Part shown: piece after piece, positions 12,945-24,679 of the stretch
How positions within the stretch are numbered: the first letter of the stretch is position 1
Layout of the letters: each line of letters opens with the position of its first letter
DNA from: Octopus bimaculoides
Taxonomy: Eukaryota
Assembly (NCBI RefSeq): GCF_001194135.2
Contig: NC_068989.1
Span: 8,239,101 to 8,278,566, forward strand
Reading direction: 5' to 3'
Length of the DNA stretch: 39,466 bases
Notes under the pieces: model-generated
Database searches by the model: none
Seen by the model: the letters and a program-made list of their open reading frames with translations, nothing else
What the model was told of the DNA's origin: nothing
Program-made: the position numbers and the translations under genes

Positions 12945-13440
12945 GTCTGCCTCCAGTGCCGGAACGTGCCAAATTGTCATCGACCAAACTCCCACGCCCA
13001 ATCGTCACATCTCAAACGCCCTAATCTTTATCGAGGCCGTATGCATGATTGTCTGTGTGTTAAAGAAATTCATTTTGAAATCATTCTTGACTACTCGAGC
13101 AAATGTCTTCTAACGAAAAATCAGTTCGATCGAACGCTTGTGCAATAAAAATTGCTAGACGGAAATCGTGCGAAAGCTTGGCGTATCGACTGGACTTGTT
13201 CTTCTATGATAAAGTTAATCCTTCGCTTTGTTTAACAGCAAGACAGCGGCCTTTGGGTGCGTTTGCTGGATTTCAATCTGTTGCAAGTATTTGGGATAAA
13301 CGTCTCTGGCGTGTGAATAAATCAACATCTAACTACACTGCTTTCTACTGCGGCAATCCATAAGTTGTGACTCCTTCTTCGCTTTCTCATTCCTTCTTCC
13401 CCACCAGCATGACCAGCGCCATCACCACTGCTATTATCCT

Positions 13441-14066
13441 CACCACCACCACCACCACCACCACCACCACCANNNNNNNNNNNNNNNNNNNNNNNNNNNN
13501 NNNNNNNNNNNNNNNNNNNNNNNNNNNNNNNNNNNNNNNNNNNNNNNNNNNNNNNNNNNNNNNNNNNNNNNNNNNNNNNNNNNNNNNNNNNNNNNNNNNN
13601 NNNNNNNNNNNNNNNNNNNNNNNNNNNNNNNNNNNNNNNNNNNNNNNNNNNNNNNNNNNNNNNNNNNNNNNNNNNNNNNNNNNNNNNNNNNNNNNNNNNN
13701 NNNNNNNNNNNNNNNNNNNNNNNNNNNNNNNNNNNNNNNNNNNNNNNNNNNNNNNNNNNNNNNNNNNNNNNNNNNNNNNNNNNNNNNNNNNNNNNNNNNN
13801 NNNNNNNNNNNNNNNNNNNNNNNNNNNNNNNNNNNNNNNNNNNNNNNNNNNNNNNNNNNNNNNNNNNNNNNNNNNNNNNNNNNNNNNNNNNNNNNNNNNN
13901 NNNNNNNNNNNNNNNNNNNNNNNNNNNNNNNNNNNNNNNNNNNNNNNNNNNNNNNNNNNNNNNNNNNNNNNNNNNNNNNNNNNNNNNNNNNNNNNNNNNN
14001 NNNNNNNNNNNCACCACTACCCCACCACCGCCACCGCCGCCGCGCCGTCATCATCTTTATCATCAT

Positions 14067-14120
<54 letters not shown>

Positions 14121-14139
14121 CACCACCACCATCATCATC

Positions 14140-14170
<31 letters not shown>

Positions 14171-14308
14171 CCATCACCATCATCATCACCACCACCACTA
14201 CCATATCATCAACATCATCATCATCACCATCATCATCACCATCATCATCATCATCATCATCAACACCATCATCATCATCATCATCACCACCATCATCATC
14301 ACCACCAC

Positions 14309-14340
<32 letters not shown>

Positions 14341-14362
14341 CCACCATCATCATCACCACCAC

Positions 14363-14399
<37 letters not shown>

Positions 14400-14652
14400 G
14401 TCAATACCACCACCACTATCTGCACCAGTACCACCGCCGACAAACCATTGGCACCACCACTAACACCATATACTGCCCCTCCTCCTCCTCCTCCTTCACC
14501 ACCACCATCATCACAACCACTAACGCACCACCACAACCACCGACACCACCAAGATCACCTACACTATCACCACCACCAACACACAACCACGACTACCACC
14601 ACCATCATCATCATCATCGTCATCATAAGCAGCAGCAGCAGCAGCAGCAGCT
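13441..14652. repeat. Compound trinucleotide array (ACC, ATC/ACC, CCT, AGC) containing an N-gap (13473-14011)
   Basis: Successive (ACC)n, mixed (ATC/ACC)n of about 350 bp, (CCT)n and (AGC)n tracts read directly from the sequence. Confidence 0.9.
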
Positions 14653-15010
14653 ACAACATCACCAGCAGTAGGAAAACTTCAACCAAACAACGATAACAAG
14701 ACCAACAGAAATATTTATAATAATGATTACAAGAAGAAGAAACGACAACTGCACAAACGATAACAAACACTCTAAACAAAAATTCATTGAAGACGGCAAT
14801 AAGAGGCAACTTACTACACACTTCACTACATTTCAATGTAATTTATCTACACGCTACATATGTACTTTTGCCCTGCGTTGATTCATGCACATAGCCTTAG
14901 GCAAAGAAATAACACAAGCCTCTACAATTATGAGTTTAATATAGATAAGAGAAAATGTAACAAGCGCCGAAATGTGAGGAATCACTTAAACTGTAGAAAT
15001 AGCAGCCATA

Positions 15011-15047
<37 letters not shown>

Positions 15048-15436
15048 TTAATATTTCTAAGTCTCTCTAAAGGAGACTACGGCAGCGGTACTGGAAATTA
15101 ATAGTTATCGCCAAGCCAACATGGCAGTCCCAAAATTAGGACGAAAGCTGCCGTGAATTAGCTCCAAGAAGCCATCGCCTCTAGCTAGCTATGTGACACA
15201 CGAAACCTGTGTCCTTTATAACCTTCGAACAGGGGAGGTCAGCAGTGTCCCCCTGCTGGTTTGGCATCTGCAGACTAGTTTCAGGGTGTTGCCCCTTGTC
15301 AATGCAGAGCAGCCAAGCTCCAGCCAGGATATATATATATGTATAGGGACAATTTATAGAAATAAAAACAGACGAAGACAGGTGGTGTAGAAAACAAATA
15401 GATGTATTAGTATAACGCTCGGGAATTGAAAAAAAG

Positions 15437-15474
15437 TCTTTAACGTTTCGAGCCTACGCTCTTCCACAGAAAGA
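15437..15474 (-). ncRNA. Minimal type-I hammerhead ribozyme-like motif (Penelope/retrozyme type) with one core substitution
   Basis: Minus strand reads TCTTT-CTGTGGA-A-GAGC-GTAG-GCTC-GAAA-CG-T-T-AAAGA. It has a 5-bp stem I, a 4-bp stem II and a GAAACGT with the palindromic ACGT typical of minimal hammerheads. The core is CUGUGGA instead of CUGANGA. Confidence 0.55.
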
Positions 15475-15700
15475 AACAAGGAGAGAATATGCATATATGG
15501 GTACACGACATCAGAAACAGTAAACAACACGAAATACGAAAACAAATGAGTTAAATACGCAAATAACGAGAGAAAAGAAAATGGAGAACAGGAGAAATAA
15601 TACAAAGAATACAAAAACGACCCTTCATCAGTTGTCGGCTGTCTATCTTCTCCCCATTTGTGTGTGTGTGTGTATGTAAATATGTGTGTGTGCGCATTGT

Positions 15701-15835
15701 ACAGGCTTCTTTCAGTTTCCGTCCACCAAATCAACTCAAAAGGATCTATCAGCTTGAAACTATAAGAGAAGATACACGGTAGGACTTAATCTCAAACCTT
15801 ATTGTTTGGAATCAAACATCTTACCACAAATCCAT
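15701..15835 (-). mobile_element. Degenerate tRNA-derived SINE (same family as 37840-38004)
   Basis: ACAGGCTTCTTTCAGTTTCCGTCCACCAAATCAACTCA matches ACGGGCTTCTTTTCAGTTTTCGTTTACCAAATCTACTCT at 37841. Confidence 0.65.
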
Positions 15836-15872
15836 ATCTATCTCTCTATCTATCTATCTATCTATCTATCTC

Positions 15873-15910
<38 letters not shown>
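15836..15910. repeat. (TCTA)n microsatellite
   Basis: Near-perfect TCTA run. Confidence 0.9.
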
Positions 15911-15911
<1 letters not shown>

Positions 15912-17064
15912 CGCTGCCTATCTATATGTGTGTGGGTGCGCGCACGTGTGCATGTACATGTGTATGTGTGCATGTGTGTGCTGTTTGTACGAACCTATTT
16001 CATAAAACGCTCTGTCATATATAACGGCAGTTGGTGTTTCTGATTTGGTTACAACGCCAAAAAATTGTCGTAGAGTGTTACATGAGACCAACGACTCTAG
16101 TTTTCAGATTGATACTTTATATTAATAATCCTAAAAGAATGAGAAACAAAGTTGATCTAGGCTGGATTCGAACTTTGAATATAGAGCACGCAAGGTAATT
16201 CCTCCCAAGCTCTGGCGATTTGACCAGCTTGCGCCTTGAAAGCATTGGATAATAAAATCCAAAAAGACTGGATATCCAAAAATGAAGTGTAGAATGGACC
16301 GTATTCGATCAGGACAGAATCGGAGCATAATAATATTATTAACATCAGCTTCTCTACAACCGCTACATATACCACCATTTAGTTCACATAAATTACAACA
16401 CTTAATTAAAAGTGATGTTTATACAGCGACCAATGTCAATACTATTAATCAAATGAACTCGAGCCATCCGGGTAACATGTACGTTGTAGCTTTGCGTTTT
16501 GTAGTAGAAGTGAAATCTCACTGTAGTCATGGTAGAATGTCAGGGAGTTAGAGGTATTCTGTACCGACCAGGTGTAATGAAAATAGTTAAAAAACAACAA
16601 TCAGAATAAATTTTATGCTGTGGTAGAAGGAGAGTAAGAAGAAAAGGAGAGGGAGAAAGAGGCGGAGTAGGGGAGTAGGTGGTAGAGGAGAGAAGCAACA
16701 AATGTTAGTGGAACAAGGCAAGGATAGAAGTGAACAGAAAGGGAAAAGGGAAGCGAAAAAAATAGAAGTTCAAAAGGTTTGAAAAACATTGTGAGGAACA
16801 GATAAAGTAATGATTGAGAGATACTAATACATACTAACATGCTAGTATATATATTCTACTACTCTTTTTTTCTGTTTGGTGTCATTGGACTACCGCCATG
16901 ATCCCACACTGCCTTAGGAAATTTAGTTGGTCATAGCGACCTTAATACTTTTTCTTTAGTCTGGTACATGTTGACTCGTTAAGTTCTGTAGACACACAAA
17001 ATAAACACCATTGAAAACATAAACGCAAATATGCATGTGGGTTTATGTCCAGCATGCATACATA

Positions 17065-17157
<93 letters not shown>

Positions 17158-17463
17158 GTGCACATATATGCACATGCATGCATGTATACATGCACATTGT
17201 ATGCATATATATGTGTGAATGTAAGTGTATGCATGAATATGTGTATAAGTTGTGTTACAAGTAACAAACAAAAGAAAAAAAGATACTCATTAATTCAGAG
17301 AATGAATTATTTAAACTTGCAACCAAAACAAATGTAAGCGAATATAATCAGTGGACTCGTACAGAAATCGTACGATTCTCTTGTCCGCCATGTTAAAGCA
17401 ACAAGTCATTTTTAAAGTAAAACTATGGCAAAAAACAAAGAGAAACGGCAGCTGAGAGCTTAC

Positions 17464-17628
17464 CATTATTAGACTATAAAAACTTTCTTCTCATTAGCCG
17501 GCTCAGATGCCGTTTTATGCAACATGCTTTAATTAGCAAACCATCGAGAGCTTCGTCTAATTTATAACAAAGGAGTTCGTCTCGTAAAGAAATGATTGTG
17601 AAATAGAAGTAACTGAAATTACTAATGT
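17464..17628 (-). other. Splice-bounded 165-nt exon candidate with one in-frame TAG (poison exon, edited codon or pseudoexon)
   Basis: Very strong acceptor (long T tract followed by CAG|) and donor AATG|GTAAGC. Length is 55 codons. The phase-1 frame is open except for TAG at 17474-17476, ten nt before the donor. Confidence 0.35.
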
Positions 17629-18624
17629 CTGAAAAAAAAAACAAAAAAACAAAACAAATGCTAAGAATTTTTTTTATAGAATTACAAGAGCGGAGATAGA
17701 GAGAGAGTGCTGGCACAAAGCTAACATGGTAATACTTGAAGTGATTGCCGAGTTAATTTATAAACTATATTGTAAATTTATTCAAAGTTCGTAGTTTGCC
17801 CATAGCTTGAGAGAAAAAAACTGATAGAAACTAAATCACCGTTGGTACGGGATTGCTTACATTGATTTCAAAATCAATGCAAGAACATTATCGAACTGAG
17901 TGAAGTCATTCAATATACTGATATTGACAGCATCTTTCTCCAATATTCAAACCTGTAATTTACTCAGAATTCGTAACGTAATCATTATTCATTTATTTTT
18001 GCAAGAATTCTATATAGTTATATTGTCCATACAAGGAGGACAACACTCCACCCACCGCTTCTTCAGCATGGGCTTGCAGCAAGGAGGAGCTACAATGCAC
18101 TAGAAATGCCAACTTAAAACAAAAACATACGGGAAAAATAAAATCATTAGTGAACAAGATAATATTTTCGTCACAAAATTTCACACCAATATACGCGATA
18201 AATGATGCAATACCCGTAACACGGTGGACAATAACAACATGAATAACATACTGTAAATCACATGATTTCGGGTTCAGTCCCACTTCTAATATACATCCTG
18301 GCCAACGAATGTGTAATTGACTTTGCCCTTACTTCGAAATTGCTGGTCTTGTACCAAAATTTGAAAACAGTATTACTCCTACTCAATACGGTTATAGTTT
18401 CTAGCACATTATTTTAAAATATGTTTACTCGCATTTAACTATACGTTCTTCAGGTGGACGGCATCTCTGGGCAATTTTCCAATATTAAACATATACTAAA
18501 CCCTTGGGAATGTGTGGTCAGTTCTATTTCATAGCATTTTATTACGTTGATGATTTTAGGTGAGGGCTTATGTAGGTATTGTGTAAGCTTGTGCTAAATC
18601 GTGTAAATTAATTATGTATTCTTA

Positions 18625-18830
18625 TTATTTCTTTATTGCCCACAAGGGGCTAAACATAGAGGGGACAAACAAGGACAGACATAGGGATTAAGTCGATTGT
18701 ATCGACCCCAGTGCATCACTGGTACTTAATTTATCGACCCCGAAAGGATGAAAGGTAAAGTCAACCTCGGCGGAATTTGAACTCAGAACGTAAAGGCAGA
18801 CGAAATACTGCTAAGCATTTCGCCCGGCGT
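18625..18830 (-). mobile_element. Octopus-type tRNA-derived SINE, 5' end lost in an N-gap
   Basis: TCGACCCCGAAAGGATGAAAGGTAAAGTCAACCTCGGCGGAATTTGAACTCAGAACGTAA is the reverse complement of the copies at 38621-38783 and 38846-39075. It includes a B-box-like GTTCAAATTCC. Confidence 0.85.
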
Positions 18831-19430
18831 NNNNNNNNNNNNNNNNNNNNNNNNNNNNNNNNNNNNNNNNNNNNNNNNNNNNNNNNNNNNNNNNNNNNNN
18901 NNNNNNNNNNNNNNNNNNNNNNNNNNNNNNNNNNNNNNNNNNNNNNNNNNNNNNNNNNNNNNNNNNNNNNNNNNNNNNNNNNNNNNNNNNNNNNNNNNNN
19001 NNNNNNNNNNNNNNNNNNNNNNNNNNNNNNNNNNNNNNNNNNNNNNNNNNNNNNNNNNNNNNNNNNNNNNNNNNNNNNNNNNNNNNNNNNNNNNNNNNNN
19101 NNNNNNNNNNNNNNNNNNNNNNNNNNNNNNNNNNNNNNNNNNNNNNNNNCTTTATATTTCAAAATTAATTGAAGCAGAGGCAACACATTTCAAGAGAATT
19201 ATGGTAAAAATAGACACGAACTAATTCGTTAAAGCTATGTAAATTTAATATTATTCCACTCTAGCTCAGCTTTGTTTAAGTAGACTACTATTCAAAGCCG
19301 CTCCGACCGTGAACGTCCTGTATATTTTTCAGTTACAGTGTTCATAGAACTACAATTGTCTAATGTGTCGTTTTCTAAGAATAACATATTTGAAAGAGAT
19401 GTGCCTGCTATTTCTACAACTTAGTCTCTC

Positions 19431-19470
<40 letters not shown>

Positions 19471-19890
19471 GATCAAGATACACGGCTATATTGTAAAATC
19501 GATGTTAGTTCTGTCCCATAAGTCCGCATTGCTAAAAACTTCGGGTGGGGTCGGATGGGTCATTGGCGTGATGATAGAAGCAGCTAATAAAGCGGCTAAT
19601 AATTCTACACTGACTTTGAAATACCAGTTCAGTGTGTACATGAAAAAAATAATAAAAATAATTTGAAACAGTCGTAACAATAATATTCTTTCTCCTTCCT
19701 CATCATGTTATGGTTCAGCCAATATTTACAATTAATTAAACACAAATATTCCGCTCTATGATCTTTTCCCTTTCATTTTATTGTTTCCTTTATTTGTTTA
19801 TTCATTTATTCATATATTCATTTATATATTTTATTTCTTATATTTATTTTAGCATTCCCGATTTCTTTAATTTCGAGATTTTCATTTTCG

Positions 19891-20111
<221 letters not shown>

Positions 20112-21021
20112 AGTGATTATCTGAAAAACTACTTTTCCTTCTTTCTTTTCTATCATCCTAGTTTTTTTCCTTTCTGTCTCCACATTGTTCTTTATCCCAT
20201 CATTTCTTCAAATCATTCCTTTCAATCTATCAACACCTTGCACTTTTCTCCTCTATCTTTTTTCTGTAATTTTATTATATTCCTTCCATCTTGTCTTGTT
20301 TCATTTTCATTATTTTTTGTTTTTCCTTCTCTCTACTCTATTCGTTCTTCCCTCTTTCCTATCTAATGCTTCCTTCTTTCCTTTCTTTTTTCATTCTTTC
20401 TTCCAGTCTCTCTTTTCTACTCTGCTTTTTATTATTCTCCATTACCTTTTTTCGTCCTTCATTCCCTCTTTCCTCTATTCTTTCATTTTCATTCTTTCTT
20501 TCGTTTTTACTTTATCTATCATTAGATTCGTAATTTCACATTTACTTCTATAATTCTTTCTTTGGCTTTTTACACCATTATATATTTCATTCATACTCTA
20601 ATTTCTTCTTTCCTTCTTCACATCCTTTCATCTTTCATATCTGTCATACTTCTTTCCTTCGTGATTTCTTTCCAAATTTCCTTCTACCTTTTTAAATTTC
20701 TAACCACCATTCATTTCTTTCTCGATATTCTTCTCCATCAAGCTTCTCTCCATTCAAATCATTTCAAAATCATCTTTTCTTCCCTTTCACCTTCATTGTT
20801 TCCTTTAATGGGAATCTCATTCTTCTCACCTTCAGCACTGTGAATATGTCGAAGACAGTAAAATACATTATTTAAAGAATCTAGGTGGCTGCTTTGACAT
20901 GATCTAAGATTTGATTACATAAATCCATCTGATAATATAATATATTTACCTGTAGCATACGATTTGAAAAATATATCCAACCCCTCGTCAAATCCACTCA
21001 AGGAAACTACTCCGCCATATC

Positions 21022-21061
<40 letters not shown>

Positions 21062-21209
21062 NNNNNNNNNNNNNNNNNNNNNNNNNNNNNNNNNNNNNNN
21101 NNNNNNNNNNNNNNNNNNNNNNNNNNNNNNNNNNNNNNNNNNNNNNNNNNAGTGTATGTATATATGTATGTATTCGTGTATATATACCCTCGCATACATT
21201 ATTGAAGTA

Positions 21210-21240
<31 letters not shown>

Positions 21241-22276
21241 GGATCTATGAATCTCTCTCACCCTCTTTCTTTTTCCTTCTCTCTGTTTATATATATATGC
21301 ACATATCTAATATCTATAAAATTGAAGTTTTCTCTCTTTGCGCGCGTGTGTGTGTGTGTACAAAAATTTATTGTACCTCAATAACTTCTACATCTTTCAT
21401 CTGATTTCTTTAAAATTTTATACAGAGTTGCTTCATATCCCAGCCACGTACATAAATAAGCTGCTTAGATTTTGTAAAAAAAATCGATATTTGGGCCTGT
21501 AGAGCCCTGGGAAACGAACAATAGATGATTTCTATTCATTTGCATTAATCAGCTGTTTTTTTTATAATCTGTAGGGTCTTCCATATTATTTGAACCTTTT
21601 TTTTATAAAAGTGAAAGGATTTTGTCTATTCATTTATTTCCATTGACCACCAGCGACGGTGATTAGATTGACTAAGAACACTGAACGCATGCATTCCCGC
21701 AATTCTCAGCCGGTTTTCTTTGCACACACATTACTTATGTACCAAGGATGTTTGTGTAAGTGTGTTCGTGAACACATTTCAAAAGCCCTCGACTGATGCC
21801 GCCTTTACAATAACAACACTAAATGCTGCGAATTATCATAGTTGTAAAGAACCTCATGATTAAAACCGTTAACGAATCTCCAAAGTAACCAAATATCATA
21901 TCCGAACTTTTTACTAATTGTTCCCACCGCATCAAGTAACTTTTAAAGCATGACCATCGGACCCTCTGGATGACCATCGGACCCTCTAATTGGATAGCTA
22001 AATTGTCAACCATTAAGTAACAAGAACCATACAAAGCTGCTTATCTTCTCTTCAGTTTTAACTAATAGATAATTCTGATTTCACTATTCTCTCTAGTAAT
22101 GCCTATTTAAAATCCTTTAACTTTCGTTGCTCATATCCTCATAGCAGAATGGGTCAATACTTAGCTATTTAGCAAAAGCAACCATGCTTAAAGAAAGTGT
22201 GATTGTTCTTGGTAAATAGCTAAGTATAATGTTTAACCTTTTAATTTACATTCCTGATTTCATTCCATATTTTTTT

Positions 22277-22580
22277 GAAGTTTTCCAGCCAGTCCTTCTG
22301 CAGAGCTTTCAACATGCTGGGCATCACATTGGCCAATAGGCGAACAGCAATCGAGGTGACTGTGGGGACAACAAAGGCTGTCTAGCGGTGGCTGTGGATC
22401 ACGAGGTTCGAACCCTAGAAGAACCAAGGCTACCAGGGATAGTGCTAAATGGGTACAAGCTGGAACTTGGTCAATCCAGACTTGACCACCTGAGTGAGGG
22501 TGTCTGATACTGAAATCCCCGAAACACCTAATAACTCGAGGATGCATCACTGAGGATGTGTCTAGGTGCATCACAGGATA
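22277..22580 (+). mobile_element. Decayed 3' end of a HERO-clade (RLE-endonuclease) non-LTR retrotransposon
   Basis: Translation QSFCRAFNMLGITLANRRTAIEVTVGTTKAV*RWLWITRFEP* resembles the HERO ORF C-terminus (RGF..QS...L..LG+......AI......A.RWLW..R..PW). It is followed by a 3' tail with CATCACTGAGGATGTGTCTAGGTGCATC like HERO 3' ends. The in-frame stops indicate decay. Family assignment is from memory. Confidence 0.65.
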
Positions 22581-23111
22581 ATGGAAGAAAGAATCATAAT
22601 AAATCGATAGATAGCTTCTATTTCAGCTTTCCATATACTTGCAACTAAGCCTTCCTTACCTTAGTCATGTTTTAAAGTCCTTTACCTATATTATATTTTA
22701 CGTTTCTAATTCTAATTGTATTTACGAAGGATAGATAACACACTTCCAATAATAATATGTGATGAATTAATACTGGAAATACCCACATAAATCATGGGTA
22801 TTTCACAAATAGATTGATTTCTGTCCTCTGATATTTTAATCTAGGCTGAACAGGAAACTTCAAGTTACGATGCATTATCACTAACAGTCACTATCATCTT
22901 ATTTATCTTTCACCCTATTAAATATATCTATATTCGGTTTATAGGTAGAACAGTTGTAAGTAATGCGAAATAGGAAACTAATACAGATCTTTCTTAATAA
23001 ATCTCTCAGAATAGGTATGGACATTTCTCATAAGTATATAAATTGCATTATTGTGATTGTTGTTCTTTTTGCATCAGGTACAGTGTTACTAATGTATGTG
23101 TGTATGTGTGT

Positions 23112-23113
<2 letters not shown>

Positions 23114-23184
<71 letters not shown>

Positions 23185-23191
23185 TGTGTGT
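23114..23191. repeat. (TG)n microsatellite
   Basis: Near-perfect TG run. Confidence 0.95.
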
Positions 23192-23233
23192 GTAATGTAT
23201 TGAAAAATATCTGTAAGAATAGCCAGGACTTAC

Positions 23234-23471
23234 TACTAATGATTGCAAAAGACAGTCTAATCAGCACGTGTATGTTTTCAGACACAATGACGGCGACACC
23301 TACATTTGTCTTTCTAATTTTAGAATCCAAGAAACACTCAACCTTGTACAATCTCGAGCATTTCCGACAATGCATCTCCCTAGCGGTAGAAGAAGCTACC
23401 TCATAAAATAACCGTGTCACTCCTCCATCGTTCACAACTTGGAACACTCTAGTCCACTCATAAAAACCAAA
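23234..23471 (-). CDS. Candidate internal coding exon (238 nt, phase 0-1), product unresolved
   Basis: Acceptor CCTTATTGCAG|, perfect donor |GTAAGT. The single open frame is FGFYEWTRVFQVVNDGGVTRLFYEVASSTAREMHCRKCSRLYKVECFLDSKIRKTNVGVAVIVSENIHVLIRLSFAIIS, with a purine-rich first codon position. It could instead be a LINE endonuclease remnant (REMH...GVAVIVS). Confidence 0.45.
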
Positions 23472-23611
23472 CTGCAATAAGGACTAAACTTCTTTTTCTT
23501 ACTGTAGAAAATACAGGAAATATTCGAAACACATCTGACAATGGTACTCCGATTATTAATTTAAGTTAACAGTTTTATTATACTTATGTTTCCAACAGTA
23601 TTTTGCAAATA

Positions 23612-23730
23612 TATTCTCGATCCGAGGTAAAATCGGAATCGGCGGAACTTGAACTCAAGACGTAACGCAGGATGAAATAACATAATACATTTGGCCCCAA
23701 TGCGCTAAAGAATCTGCCGGCTTGCCACCT
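23612..23730 (-). mobile_element. Degenerate SINE 5' fragment (family of 18625-18830)
   Basis: ATCGGCGGAACTTGAACTCAAGACGTAACG...CTAAGAATCTGCCGGCTTGCCACCTT matches the reverse complement of the SINE head at 38846. Confidence 0.7.
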
Positions 23731-23909
23731 TATACGCTCCAACAAATAATGATCGATAAATTAAATTCCAGATTTCTATAAGATTCTTCACCCTTACAAA
23801 ATGGTACTGTAGCATGATTGTCGTCAATGCAAAGAGTTGGTCTGAATAATTAATTAACTAAAACCAGCAAGGCGAAAAAATAACATAATACATATACAAA
23901 CGTACATGC

Positions 23910-23949
<40 letters not shown>

Positions 23950-24260
23950 AGGTGTGTATGTATACATACGCAGACACATGTATATATACATACACACACA
24001 CACATATATATATGTCTGCGGATTAAAAGAAATATATTTGAGAATGTAAAACTATATTGATAGATTCTTATTCTCTCATATATATTAATCGCGTGTTTTT
24101 TTTTATCGTTTCTTACGTTAACATATAATATATAATAACAGTTTTCACATTAGCATTGAAGGAATTTTCTCTGGATACTTCCGGAAAAATAATTCAATGT
24201 GCTAAGATATAAAATCCACGCACACATGCATAAAAATCTACATACAAGCGCGCACATATG

Positions 24261-24294
<34 letters not shown>

Positions 24295-24679
24295 NNNNNN
24301 NNNNNNNNNNNNNNNNNNNNNNNNNNNNNNNNNNNNNNNNNNNNNNNNNNNNNNNNNNNNNNNNNNNNNNNNNNNNNNNNNNNNNNNNNNNNNNNNNNNN
24401 NNNNNNNNNNNNNNNNNNNNNNNNNNNNNNNNNNNNNNNNNNNNNNNNNNNNNNNNNNNNNNNNNNNNNNNNNNNNNNNNNNNNNNNNNNNNNNNNNNNN
24501 NNNNNNNNNNNNNNNNNNNNNNNNNNNNNNNNNNNNNNNNNNNNNNNNNNNNNNNNNNNNNNNNNNNNNNNNNNNNNNNNNNNNNNNNNNNNNNNNNNNN
24601 NNNNNNNNNNNNNNNNNNNNNNNNNNNNNNNNNNNNNNNNNNNNNNNNNNNNNNNNNNNNNNNNNNNNNNNATATATAT

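Noticed and set aside
13322-14536. Poly-Met/Val/Trp/Gly ORFs on the minus strand and a poly-His frame on the plus strand
   Set aside because: These come from the trinucleotide array. The His frame shifts near 14204 and has no start or splice context.
15075-15330. GC-elevated segment that may be an interspersed repeat or an exon
   Set aside because: There is no second copy in the window, no recognisable motif and no convincing splice-bounded frame, so it is left unclassified.
18440-18530. Possible Tc1 transposase remnant (QVDG...LNP.ENVWS)
   Set aside because: It needs a frameshift, and the spacing between motifs is much shorter than in Tc1 DDE domains.
22776-22804. 10-bp stem-loop GAAATACCCA/TGGGTATTTC
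   Set aside because: Short and AT-rich, likely within chance expectation, with no supporting context.
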